Below, one piece after another: positions 40,334 to 51,866 of a DNA stretch of 64,000 nucleotides. Under the pieces are notes generated by a model. That model saw only the letters and a list, made by a program, of their open reading frames with translations. It made no database searches and was not told where the DNA came from. Position numbers and translations under genes: made by a program. This DNA comes from Hypanus sabinus (Eukaryota). The first letter of the stretch is position 1. The number at the start of each line of letters is the position of its first letter. The stretch covers positions 4,898,001 to 4,962,000 of the forward strand of contig NC_082706.1 of the NCBI RefSeq assembly GCF_030144855.1, in the 5' to 3' direction.

Positions 40334-40398
40334 GGTGTCTGCCGATTGCCAGATGACAGTGATGGCAGCGATTATCCATTCAGGAGAATTGACATTAG
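40334..40398 (+). CDS. POLB: DNA polymerase beta coding exon, equivalent to human exon 12 (GVCRLPDDSDGSDYPFRRIDIR)
   Basis: Pyrimidine tract + CAG acceptor (40331-40333) and GT donor (40399). 65 nt, the same length and phase as human exon 12. Contains the RRIDIR motif with catalytic D256 and R254/R258. Confidence 0.96.
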
Positions 40399-40599
40399 GT
40401 GCGTTAATTCTAGAATATTTAAAGCTAACTGGAATACGTACTAATTTCATCATGGTGTGGCATTGCAGTTCGAATCAGCAGGAACACAAGAAACTGCAGA
40501 GAGTAGTGGACTCTATTCAATACGTCACAGACCTCAAGTTTGCAAAGATAGCTGGAGATTTGCACAAACAGAAGGCATTGGATGGTAGAGCAATGGTGA

Positions 40600-41330
40600 A
40601 TTGATCAGAATCATTTTTAATATCACCGGCATATGTCATGTAATTCGTTAACTTTGCGGCAGCAGTACAATGTAATACATGATAAAAGTAAAAAAAACTG
40701 AATTACAGTAGGTAATATATATGTATATCAAATAGTTAAATTAAAATAAGTAGTGCAAAGACAAAAATTTTTAAAAAGTAGTAAGGTAGTGTTCATGAGT
40801 TCAGTGTCCATTTAGAAATTGGATGGCAGAGGGGAAGAAGCTGTTCCTGAATCGCTGAGTGATTGCCTTCAGGCTCCTGTACCTCCTGCCTGATGGCATC
40901 AATGAGAAGAGGGCATGTCCTGGGTGGTGGGGGTCCGTAATGATGGACACCGCCTTGTAGTGCCTTCACTCCTTGAAGATGTCTTGGATACTATGGAGGC
41001 TATTGCCCATGATGGACCTGACTAATCTCATCAATCTCTGCAGCTTACTTCGATCCTGTGCAGTAGCCCCCCCCCCCCACCCCACCCATAGCAGACGGTG
41101 ATGCACCCTGTTAGAATGCTGTCCACTGTAGATCTGTAGAGGTTTTTGAGTATTTTAGGTAATAAGCCATATTTCCTCAAACTCCTAATGAAATATAGCC
41201 GCCATCTTGCCTTCTTTATAGCTGCATCTATATGTTGGGACCAGGTTAGATTCTCAGAGATATTAACATGCAGGAACTTGAAACTGCTAACTCTCTCCAC
41301 TTCTGATCCCTCAATGAAGATTGTTTTGTA
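40600..41330 (-). mobile_element. Rex1/Babar-like LINE 3' fragment; related pieces at about 5470-5890(+), 9060-9410(-), 47590-48130(-), 56800-57370(+) and 58500-58820(-)
   Basis: ERVSSFKFLHVNISENLTWSQHIDAAIKKARWRLYFIR peptide and shared 3' UTR ending in GATAATAAATTTACTTTGA-like sequence. Confidence 0.8.
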
Positions 41331-41629
41331 TTTTGTGAGGACTGGTTACTCATGAGACATGGAATGCTCACTTTGATTTTGAGCTCTACTGTGTTGCTCT
41401 TCTTGATTGAGATTAGAGAGGATTGAATGTTGTTTTAAAAAATCTACAATTTCAGGGGTGGATTATCACTGGTGATGGAGGGGAGGACGTCTCTTAAACT
41501 TGACTCCATATCCGCACATGCTTTGTCTGCGGCTTTTAAGCTGAATAGTGAGCTCTCCTTTTGTGTTTGCTAAACAACTTACAATTGTTCGGCTTTCAGG
41601 TACTTAGCAGAGCTTCAGGAAATGCCCTA

Positions 41630-42185
41630 CATAGAAAACCTACAGCACAATACAGGCCTTTCGGCCCTCAAGGATTGTGCCGAACATGTCCTTACCCTAG
41701 AAATGACTCGGTTTACCTATAGCCCTCTATTTTACTAAGCTCCATGTACCTATCCAAAAATCTCTTAAAAGACCCTATCATATCAGCCTCCACCACCTTT
41801 GCCAGCAGCCCATTCCACACACTCACCACTCTCTGAGTAAAAAACTTACCCCTGACATCTCCTCTGTACCTACTCCCCAGCACCTTAAACCTGTGTCCTC
41901 TTTGTGGCAACCATTTCAGCCCTGGGAAAAAGCCTCTGACTACCCACACGATCAATGCCTCTCAACATCTTATACACCTCTATCAGGTCACCTCTCATCC
42001 TCCGTTACTCCTAGGAGAAAAGGCCGAGTTCACTCAACTTATCCTCATAAGACATGCTCCCCAATCCAGGCAACATCCTCGTAAATCTCCTCTGCACCCT
42101 TTTTATGGCTTCCACATCCTTCCTGTAGTCAGGTGACCAGAACTGAGCACAGTACTCCAAGTGGGGTCTGACCAGAGTTCTATAT
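41630..42185 (-). mobile_element. CR1 LINE 3' fragment
   Basis: RGKFFTQRVVSVWNGL. Highly similar to 12715-13280. Confidence 0.88.
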
Positions 42186-42413
42186 ATCCCTCCCTTGAAG
42201 CGTGCCTCTGAAATACCTTGGTGGCCTTTTGTCTAAAATAATGTAAAAATATAATTAAAATTTAAAGAAATCTATTCAGGCACACATTAAACCAAAATTA
42301 ATTAAAACATTAAGAGAAAAATAATACTAATTTTAATATTGGAATAAAAACAAAATTGAATGAATGAAGCAAAGATCTAATGATACAGTTTAGGAAATAT
42401 ATTGTGCCTAATT

Positions 42414-42801
42414 GGTGGCAGGGTGGAGATATGTCTCTACCAAAAGAGGTGTAAGGCGCTCCTTCCCTCCACTAGCTTGCAGGTCACCTTTGGGCAAGGT
42501 GTAGCACCTGCTTGCCCCCCCCCCCCCCAATTCAGGGTCACGTGAAGCCAAGGAAGCAGGTTGTGGATGGTCGAATGAGCAGCTGGTGCGTATCACAAGT
42601 CCTGGTTATGGGACCTCTGATACCAGGCAGACAATCTCTGAAGAGCATTGATAATGGCTAAGGCCACCTGTCCTATAAAGACACTGCCATGAAGAAAGCA
42701 ATCGCATGTCACTTCTGTAGAAAATTTGCCAAGAATAATCATGGTCATGGAAAAATCATGATTGTCCATATCATATGACGTGGCACCTAATGATAATGAT
42801 G
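42414..42801 (+). mobile_element. Short RTE-related non-autonomous element; second copy at 9706-10085 on the - strand
   Basis: Both copies share 5' GGTGGCAGGGTGGAGATA... and end in (TAATGA/TGA)n tails typical of RTE 3' ends. Confidence 0.65.
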
Positions 42802-43552
42802 GAGGAAAGTTTAGGGGAGGTGTCAAAGGTAGGTGTTTTTACACAGAGTGTTGGGTGCCTAGAATGTACTGCCAGGAGTGGTGTAGAGGCAGATACATCG
42901 AGGCCAATTCTTAGCTAATCTCATGGATGAAAGGAAAATGTGAATTGTTAATTGTGAGGATTTGCATAGGTCAGCACAATGTTGTGGGCCAAAGAGCTCA
43001 CTGTGCTGTACTCTTCTGTATTCTATGTTTCATCTCTATGGCTATGGACAGTCATTTTTCCTCCCAACTATACTGCGTCTATAGTTGGTTTTATAATTAT
43101 CTTTACCATTCTAGTGTTAGTTAGCATATATTTTCCTTTTAGGTAAATTTACCACTCTTATTGATCTTCCAGCATAATTTATCTGTCTAAATTCATCATT
43201 GTGTTTATCTTTGTTTTTAGTTTAAGAACAGTGGATATCTTGAACTCAATTTTCTTTCCTTTTTCAATTCAAGTCAATTCAAGTCACTTTTTATTGTCAT
43301 TTCGACCATAACTGCTGGTACAGTACATAGATACCACAGGCTGAGCATTTTCCACCAACAGAGTGCAACTGGCAAGCTTCAAAATAAAGTCAATAAAACC
43401 ATCTTGAAACACGTTTAGTGTTATTCATAAATTAAAGGTTGAGGAAAATTTCATAAGGTTAAAATACAATAAGAGCTGTGAGTCGTTCCAGTGAGGACTT
43501 TTGATCTGGCAATAACAAAATAGAACTTGTGTAAATGATTTTGATGTTCTGT

Positions 43553-43867
43553 CCTAGTGTAGCAGTTAGTGTAAGGCTATTACAGCACCAGCAATCTCCA
43601 ATTGGGGTTCAATTCCCGTCGCTGTCCATAAGGAGTTTATATGTTCTCCTCTTGACTGTGTGGATTTCCTCCGGGTACTCCAGTTTCTTCCCACATTCCA
43701 GTGACGTATGGTAGTATGCCCACAACTCATTAACCCTAAACCATACATATTTTGGAACATAGGAGGAAATCGGACAAGGGGAGAACGTTGAAGCTCCTTA
43801 CAGACAGAGGTGGGAATTGAACCTCAGTTTTTCAGCTGGTACTTACCACTGTGCAAACGTGCCGCCC
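43553..43867. mobile_element. Two tRNA-derived V-SINE-like elements in inverted orientation; others at about 16390-16560, 37915-38190, 39440-39670, 60500-60700, 61780-61960, 62660-62930 and 63560-63790
   Basis: B boxes GGTTCAATTCC (43606-43616, +) and GGAATTGAACC (43813-43823, -). V-domain-like GGAGTTT..ATGTTCTCC...TTTCCTCCGGGT.CTCC.GTTTC. Confidence 0.8.
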
Positions 43868-44127
43868 CTTTATACCTTTAGCTTGATTGCAGATACTGTG
43901 GATAAAATGCCTGAATCAGAATCTATGGGTAGACTATGCTAAGGAGGAAGCAGGTCTGCTTCTAAAGGGAATTTTGGTTGTTACTATGTTTTTAAAAATG
44001 AAGTTTCTATTGACATTATTACATAAGATAGTCAAGTTAACATACTACCCATTAAGAATAAGTGTAAGATTCAAACATTTCCATTATCTGCCAATTTATT
44101 GTCCTTTGGCTTGTGTTTTTCTTTTAG

Positions 44128-44267
44128 GCTTATTCCAAAAGATCAGTATTTCTGTGGTGTGCTTTATTTCACGGGCAGTGATCTTTTTAACAAGAACATG
44201 CGGACCCAGGCATTAGAGAAAGGCTTCACGTTGAATGAGTACACTATTCGCCCACTGGGAACCACAG
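44128..44267 (+). CDS. POLB: DNA polymerase beta coding exon, equivalent to human exon 13 ([47 protein letters not shown])
   Basis: TTTTCTTTTAG acceptor and GTAGGA donor. 140 nt, in phase with neighbouring exons. Retains Y265, the YFTGSD motif (Y271/F272/D276), N279, R283 and E295. Confidence 0.98.
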
Positions 44268-45178
44268 GTAGGAGCAGAATGATATTGGAGATCTCAATGT
44301 AAACATGGATTTCTTTATTAAACTACTTTTAAAAACCAAATAATTAAGCCTCTTTAAGAGTGAGCTTTTGATTTTTAATTATGAACCCGACAACAAATGA
44401 TGATAAATAAAGGATTTTGATGGAAAACTCTTCAGAAAATATAAAAGTTAGAAATAATTACCAACGAGAGGTTTACGATTTGAACTTATTTTATCCTCTC
44501 TATAAATGAGGTAGAAAATGTTGGTATGTGCGTCATCAACACGTTGAATTGGATATATAATCAATTTCAGTTACCATAATTGGGCTATTGGTTAATCAGA
44601 GCAGCTGTTTAAAGAACAAAAACTAATTGAGAAAATAGCTGGGATTCCCTTCATTGATTTGGGACAACTATGCCACTTAATTGGGGCAGGACACTGTTGC
44701 CAAACAGTTTCTAGGTAGCATCAGATACGTGTCCTTGTGTGGCCATCAGACACTGTTCTGTGCTTAGAGCGAACAGATTTTAAATAGCGTAAGTTACATA
44801 TGCTTGTGTTCAAAAAGCAGTGAGTTTTGTCTCTGATAGTTGGCAAGAAATAAACAGTAAGACAATTCCGAATTGTTTTGCTCACTGTGGTTTTAAGCAT
44901 TCAGGCTTGGAGGTGCCAGAAAGGGCCAGGAGCGAAAATGTAACTATTTCACTACTTCAACAAGTTAGGAACTAAGAAGAATTTGAAGGTATCAACAATC
45001 ATTTTGAATGGTAAAATGAAAATGAAGAATTGGAGGATGAAATCAAGAGCATTGTATGAAGACAGTGCATTATCTACACTAGGGGTCTGTGCTAATTGTG
45101 TTCATTTACACACATTCAAAAGAACGTAGCAGTATACATCTTATGAATTCCTCCATCGACAACTATTAGGAACCAATG

Positions 45179-46016
45179 CAGTTGGCCCTCCTTATCTGCG
45201 GATTCTGCATGCACGAATTCAACCAACCGAGAATCGCGAAAACCCAGAAGTACTCTTCCAGCNNNNNNNNNNNNNNNNNNNNNNNNNNNNNNNNNNNNNN
45301 NNNNNNNNNNNNNNNNNNNNNNNNNNNNNNNNNNNNNNNNNNNNNNNNNNNNNNNNNNNNNNNNNNNNNNNNNNNNNNNNNNNNNNNNNNNNNNNNNNNN
45401 NNATTTGCGTGGGTTATCATGGATCGGGATTGAAAAAAATCAGAAGTTCTCTTACTCACATTTGGTGTTATTTAGCATCAGTTAGTCAAATGTTTCTCTT
45501 AGTACATAGTATATATTTTACCTTTCTATGCATATAAAACACTTAAGAGCATATGTTTCAGTGCCAGGCTCGGGAACTTCTTTCTGAGTTCAATCCAGTG
45601 ATAGACCACTCTCAAGTGCGCTCTCCACCGTGCTGGGTTGATGTGAGGATCAAAGACCCAAAGCCCAATAATTAAACCACTGATTGCTTAGTAATAATTG
45701 TAGCTTTCATCAAGGCACAGCCTTTCTCACTTTATCCATTAAAATTGTTCCGATCGTTGACCGACTGTAGCCTAACGCTTTTCCAATGACCAATGGCGTT
45801 TCACCTCTTTCCGACTGCTTTATTATTTCCACTTTATGTTCAATCGCGATCGTGATTATTTTCGTGAACAGAAACACTGCGGATTCAGATCTCTGTTGCT
45901 GGGTCCTAATGTCCACCGCACTGAGACAGGTTGAACAAGGGACTTGAGCAGCCGCGAAATTTGGTATCCGTGAGGCATCCCGGAACCAATCCCTCGCGGA
46001 TAAGGAGGGCCAACTG
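45179..46016 (-). mobile_element. Tigger/pogo DNA transposon, internally deleted and spanning the N gap
   Basis: TIRs CAGTTGGCCCTCCTTATC(T/C)GCG at both ends. TA on the right, TG on the left. CENP-B-type HTH IITIAIEHKVEIIKQSERGETPLVIGKALGYSRSTIGTIL. Confidence 0.88.
45263..45402. other. Assembly gap (140 N)
   Basis: Run of N. Confidence 1.
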
Positions 46017-48506
46017 TATACAGTTTTATAGTGCTGTAGTGGTATTGAAAGTGTTCTAATTTGTTCTGTATTTCATTTAAATATATAATTTGTTACTCAG
46101 TTATATGATAGTTTGTCTTTTTTTTTATACCTTTTTAACTATTTCCATGAAACTTTGGTTAATTAGGGCAGCTGCTTAATTAGGCCAAGATGTATTAGTC
46201 CTGATTTGTCCAAATAAACTGGAATCCACTGTATTTCAGAAATATTTTGATAAATGGATGTCAAAGACTAGTGTGCTGAATTCAATTATTGGGGATTATT
46301 ATTCTGAGATGTTTCAGAATCATTAAAGTGTTTTAATAGTTTTAAATATTAAAAACACAACTGAACTTTAAAACATATATACAGTATTATTAAGCTATTT
46401 GAGAGACTTTTTAAAAAGTTTTAATAAAACATTTGCAGAACATTTTATAATAATTTATTTCAATTAATAAACTATTGAAAATCTATTTCCTAGACCCCTT
46501 CCAGCTACATTTACTACTACAGTGAAACTTAGAATCAGAATGAGGTGTTTTACCATTGACATAACCCTGAGTATAAATCTAAACTCTTCTAGTGCCTGCT
46601 ACAGAATCTTCACATGGTTATCCCTTATTATTAGGGAATTAGTGCATCGATTCTGTTCCCCATTAATTTCTGTTTAATCATAGCTCACCTACAGAGTTGT
46701 GTTAAATTACTGGCATCTGCTTTGGAATTCCTCCATTTGGGTAAATGTTTATAAATTACTAATGTTTTTGTAGTGCAAGGATAGCAGACGCAACTAGTTT
46801 TCCAGCATTGCTAATACAAAGTTTAGACAATGATGTATGTGGAGTACTGTGATTATTCTTTAGGAATGCATGCTTTTTTTTGCCAAGGTGTATTTTCAGG
46901 ATTTCAGTATATAATGAGCAGTATTGAGAGAGCAATGCAAATCCTCTCCTCCTCCTTTAACTCCTGTAGTGTTCCTTTTCTGCCAGCCTCAAAAACTATG
47001 TACATTAATTCATCTTTCTTCAACTAAATCCAGAGTCTTCTATAAGCTTTTTAACTTTTCTGCAGTTAGATCATGTAATTCACTACTGCCATGTCATTCT
47101 TAATGTAGCACTTCTTTTTATTGTGACATACTGTTATTTCTTTGAGTTCAGGATTCATTGTTTATTAAGTTTTAATTTTCAAAAGAGGCTTGCAATTTCT
47201 GCATGATGGTGTTGTGAATACAAAAAATGTGACTAGAATATAAGACATTAATAAATTTACTGAGCGTGCATGAAATTGAATGTTGAGTAAATGTAAGATG
47301 GTGTTTAAGTAGGGTCGAGGACAAAAAGGACATGTTCACCAAATAATGGAAAGCTGCAGAAGCTTTATTGAAAGGCCTTGATCTATTCACAACCCCATAT
47401 ATTTTTTATTGCTGTAGTTTTTTTTGAAAAGAAAATTAAGTTAGAAGTTAGCATAAGAAGTATATTAAATGCATCAAAGTGCAGTTAGATGCCATGGTGA
47501 GTACTGCACATAGCTTTTGTCTCCCAAATTGTAAGAAAGGAAATGGAAAGAATGCAAAAGTGTTTCATGAGGCTGATACCAGACCTGAGAGGATATTACT
47601 TTGCAGGTAAGTATGATTAAAATCAAAGTCAGAATCAGGTTTACTATCACTGCCATATGTTGTGAAATTTGTTAACTTTGCGGCAGCAATACAGTGCAAT
47701 ACATGATAAATACAGAAAAGAATGAATTGCAGTAAGTATATTAAGTAGTTTAAAATATGTAGTGCAAAAACAAAAAACAAAATAAAAACTAGTGAGGTAG
47801 TGTTAATGGGTTCAATGTCCATTGAGAAATCAGATGGCAGAGGCAAAGAAGCTGTTCCTGAATCATTGAGTGTGTGCCTTCAAGTTTCTGTATTACCTTC
47901 CTGATGGTAACAGTGAGAAGAGGGCATGTCCTGAGTGGTGGGGGTCCTTTCTGAGTTACCGCTCCTTGAAGATGAAGATGTCTTGGATACCACCGAGGCT
48001 AATACCCATGATGGAGCTGACTAATTTTACAACTTTCTATAGCTTCTTTCGATCCTGTGCAGTAGCCCCCCCACCCCCCAATACCAGACAGTGATGGAGC
48101 CTGTCAGAATGCTCTCCGCAGTACATCTTTAGAAGACTGTTTTCACTCTTTTCAATCTTTTGGCTTAGAAATACCAAAATACCAATAGTTACAAAATGTT
48201 TTTGTGTGTTAGAATTGTTCAACTTATTGAAAACCTTCATGTGCCAATCGTTCAGTACCAATTCTATTGTACATGAGGTTCAGGGTAGAATTTAACTGTC
48301 AAGGAATTGTGCTCAGAGGTGGGTAGATCCCCTGCAGAGTGACAGTTCAGTGGTGTCTTAAAGTGATGAAAAATTTCTAATCTATTTTCCTGAGCAATTA
48401 TTGATGACTTTTCAGATAATGAATTAGTTTGATGCAGTAGATGTATAGAAAATGCTCCTACTACTGTGGAATTTTAAAACTATACATGTTACGTGTAGAC
48501 AAAAAG

Positions 48507-50032
48507 AACGCAAACACAGGGAAATCTACAGATGCTGGAAATTCAAGCACACAGCTGGAGAAGGGAGAGGATCATGGGACGGGAGGCCTAGGGAGAAAGA
48601 AGGGGGGGGGAGCACCAGAGGGAGATGGAGAACAGGCAAGGAGTGATTGTGTGAGGAACAGAGAGAAAAAAAGGGAGAAAATAATAAATAAATAAACAAA
48701 CAAACAAACAAGGCATTGGGTAAGAAGGGGAGGAGGTTCATTTACGGAAGTTAGAGAAATCAGTGTTCATGCCATCCTACCCAAGATCCACAAATCTACC
48801 TGTCCAGGTAGACCCATTGTCTCAGCTTGCTCCTGCCCCACCAAATTCATTCCTGCATACCTGGACACTGTCTTATTCCCCCCTTGTTCAGTTCCTTCCC
48901 ACCTATGTTCATGACACTTCTCACGCTCTGAATTTTTTCAATGATTTTAAGTTCCTTGGCCCCCACGGCCTTATTTTCACCATGGATGTCCAGTCCCTAT
49001 ATACCTCCATCCCCCACCAAGAATGTCTCAAAGCTCTCTGCTTCTTTTTGGATTCGAGACCTAACCAGTTCCCTTCTACCACCACTCTTCTCTGTCTAGC
49101 GGAATTAGTCCTTACTCTTAATAATTTCTCCTTTGGCTCCTCCCACTTCCTCCAAACTAAAGGTGTAGCCATGGGCACCCGTATGGGTCCCAACTATGCC
49201 TGCCTTTTAGTTGGCTTTGTGAAACAGTCCATGCTCCAAGCCTATACTGACATCCATCCCCCAATTTTCCTTCGCTACATCGATGACTGCATTGGCGCTG
49301 CTTCCTGCATGCTTGCTGAGCTCGTTGACTTCATTAACTTCGCCTCCAACTTTCACCTTGCCCTCAGATTTACCTGGTCCATTTCTGACACCTCCCTCCC
49401 CTTTCTTGATCTTTCTGTCTCTACCTCTGGAGACAGTTTATCTACTGATGTCTACTATAAGCCTACAGACTCTCACAGCTACCTGGACTATTCCTCTCCC
49501 CACCCTGTCTCTTGCAAAAATGCCGCCCCCTTCTTGCATTTCCTCCGTCTCAGCTGCGTCTGCTCTCAGGATGAGGCTTTTCATTCCAGGACGAAGGAGA
49601 TGCCTTCCTTTTTTAAAACATTGATTTCTCTAACTTCCATTAATGCCCCTCCTCCTCTCCTTCTTACCCCATCCATCCAGTAATTAATTAATTAATTTCC
49701 CTTGTTTCCTTTTTTTCTCTCTCAGTCCTTCTCTTACCTGCTCTCCATCCCTCTCTGGTGCTCCCTTCCCCCTTCCTTTCTCCCTAGGCCTCCCGTCCTC
49801 TCCCTTCTCCAGCTCTGTATCCCTTTTGCCAATCAACTTTCCAGCTCTTAGCTTCATCCCTCTCCCTTCTGTCTTCTCCTATCATTTTGGATCTCCGCCT
49901 CCCCCTCCCACTTTCAAATCTCTTACTATCTCTTCTTTCAGTTAGTCCTGACGAAGCCCGAAACATCGACTTTACTTCTTCCTATAGATGCTGCCTGGCC
50001 TGCTGTGTACCATCAGCATTTTGTGTGTGTTG
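48507..50032 (+). mobile_element. Penelope-like element with inverted 5' pLTR, RT ORF, deleted GIY-YIG domain and 3' pLTR
   Basis: ORF 48763-49683 has FTMDVQSLYTSIPH, QTKGVAMGTRMGPNYA and FLRYIDD. 48560-48777 is the reverse complement of the ORF end and 3' region (49620-49815). Flanks ATGTTA(C/A)GTGTAG at 48486-48498 and 50034-50046. Confidence 0.92.
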
Positions 50033-51145
50033 TATGTTAAGTGTAGGATGGTCACTAAAAATTCATTGGGAATACAAGGGAAAGTAATGGTGACATGTTC
50101 TTAGTGTTATGGCTAGAGGGTGGGGCACGTGTAGGGCATGAAAACTTAGCTGAACAGTGTTTGCTGTAGATTTGATACAATGTTTGTTACACAACGTTTG
50201 AAAATGTTGTTTTCAACAAAAAATAATCTTTTTTTCTTCATTCAACGAGACTTTGTTGAGATCTGGTGCTGTGAATCTAGTGAACTTCACTGTGTTTCCT
50301 CTTTGCGAGTATAGTGTAATCTTTTAATTATATAAGGAGAGCAAAAATAATGCAGTTTGATGCAGTCTCATCTCAACCTATATCACTGCAACAATGTAGT
50401 CAGACCCTCTTGTAATAAAGGCCAACGTACCATTTACCTTCTTGATCACTGGTTGCCTTTCAGTGACTTTGTTCCTTTTCCCTAATTTATAAATAGACTT
50501 TACATTTCTGTTTTGTGCATCATAGCGGAAAAAATTGTATTTTTTTCATGCTGCATTACATCTGTCATGTTCTTGCACATATACTCAATTTGTTTGTATT
50601 CTATTGAAGCTTTTCTACATCTTTCTCCAAACTCATACATAGAAATGTGAGATTTAGTCTCCTCTGCCAGACCATGGATATCAGAATCAGATTTATTATC
50701 ACTAAATTATATTGTGAAATTTGTTGTTTTGTGATTGTAGTACAAAGCAAGGCATAATCAATTTCTATGAATTACAACAGGAAATAGATGATCAATAAAC
50801 CAATTGTTTGTAATAAAATTGACCTTGCCATTCCTAATCTCCTTTGCTCCTACCAGATTTATAAGATTCCTGTCCACTCCATGTTGTCAAATACAGTACT
50901 GTCCACATTTAGTTTTCATTCTTATTCCCTAGCTAGCTTTAATAGGGTAAGTGAATGCTGAAGTCCACCTTCTCCAGGTCAATCATAGTTCATCACCCTT
51001 TATCTCAGCCAGTCACTTTTGGGCCACGCTCTATTCAAGACTTTCCTAATGCTGTCTCTGCATTTCTCCCTTTTTTGCAACTGAAAGCATAATTTATTTT
51101 AAGTTTTCTTGGTTCAGATAGAAACTGTTTGTTCTGAAACACTGA

Positions 51146-51342
51146 GGATCTCAGTAAGTCAGGCAGCATCTATGGAGAAGAGTAAGTAGTCATCATTTCA
51201 AGCCAAGAGGCTTCATCAATTCTGGATGAAGAGTCTTGGCCCAAAACATCAACCCTCTACTCCCCTATATAGATCCTGGCTGCCTGACTTGCTCCAGCAT
51301 TCTATACATGTTGCTCAGGATTTCCAGCATCTGCAAAATCTC
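51146..51342. mobile_element. Palindromic Penelope-derived insert just upstream of the POLB last exon
   Basis: Head-to-head degenerate pLTR arms. TTGTTCTGAA(A/G)CA(C/T)TGA at 51129-51145 and 51343-51359. Confidence 0.75.
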
Positions 51343-51480
51343 TTGTTCTGAAGCATTGAATCTTTCTCTTTCTCCACAGAATCTGAGTATTTCTGGTGTT
51401 TTCTGTTTTTATTCTACTCTAATGTGATGTATATTTAAAAAGTTTTCTGTCACATTAATGCTGTACTGTTCTGACTGCAG

Positions 51481-51575
51481 GAGTCCCAGGGGAACCACTG
51501 CCTGTGGAAAGTGAAAGAGACATTTTTGAATATATTGAATGGAAATATCGAGAACCGAGAGAGCGAAGTGAGTGA
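51481..51575 (+). CDS. POLB: DNA polymerase beta terminal coding exon, equivalent to human exon 14 ([30 protein letters not shown])
   Basis: CTGCAG acceptor ends at 51480. 95 nt to TGA (51573-51575). Near-identical to the human C-terminus [31 protein letters not shown]. Confidence 0.98.
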
Positions 51576-51785
51576 ATGTCCATGAGGATCAAGTTGAGAA
51601 GCTCCAGACATCCAGTGCATGTGAGAATCTGATGATCCTGATAGTGAAGAACTGAGTGAAGTATTCCAGAAAGAATTCTCCATTCATTTACTCAGTACCT
51701 GTAATGCATATATGGATAGTAAATAGTGGATGAGCTTTTACATGCAGTTGTTGAGATCAGCTTTTGTATAAGGTGCAGAAAAAGC

Positions 51786-51866
51786 AATAAAGCACATTCA
51801 GGATACTTTGGTGCAGTATTTAATAAGGAATGAAAAATAATAAATACAAATATTACACATAATAAA
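51786..51866 (+). terminator. Candidate POLB polyadenylation signals
   Basis: AATAAA at 51786-51791, 51839-51844 and 51861-51866, 210-290 nt after the stop. A further AATAAA lies near 52552. Which one is used cannot be seen from the sequence. Confidence 0.55.

Larger units (their letters stand above)
44550..46231 (+). mobile_element. Older pogo/Tigger-like element hosting the 45179-46016 insertion
   Basis: NCFAHCGFKHSGLE remnant near 44870 (Tigger-like C-terminus). Right TIR ...AAACTGGAATCCACTG + TA (46232-46233). The left end is eroded. Confidence 0.6.

Noticed and set aside
48362-48440. C/D-box snoRNA-like motifs (GTGATGA...CTGA...TTGATGA)
   Set aside because: No terminal D box at a suitable distance and no terminal stem.
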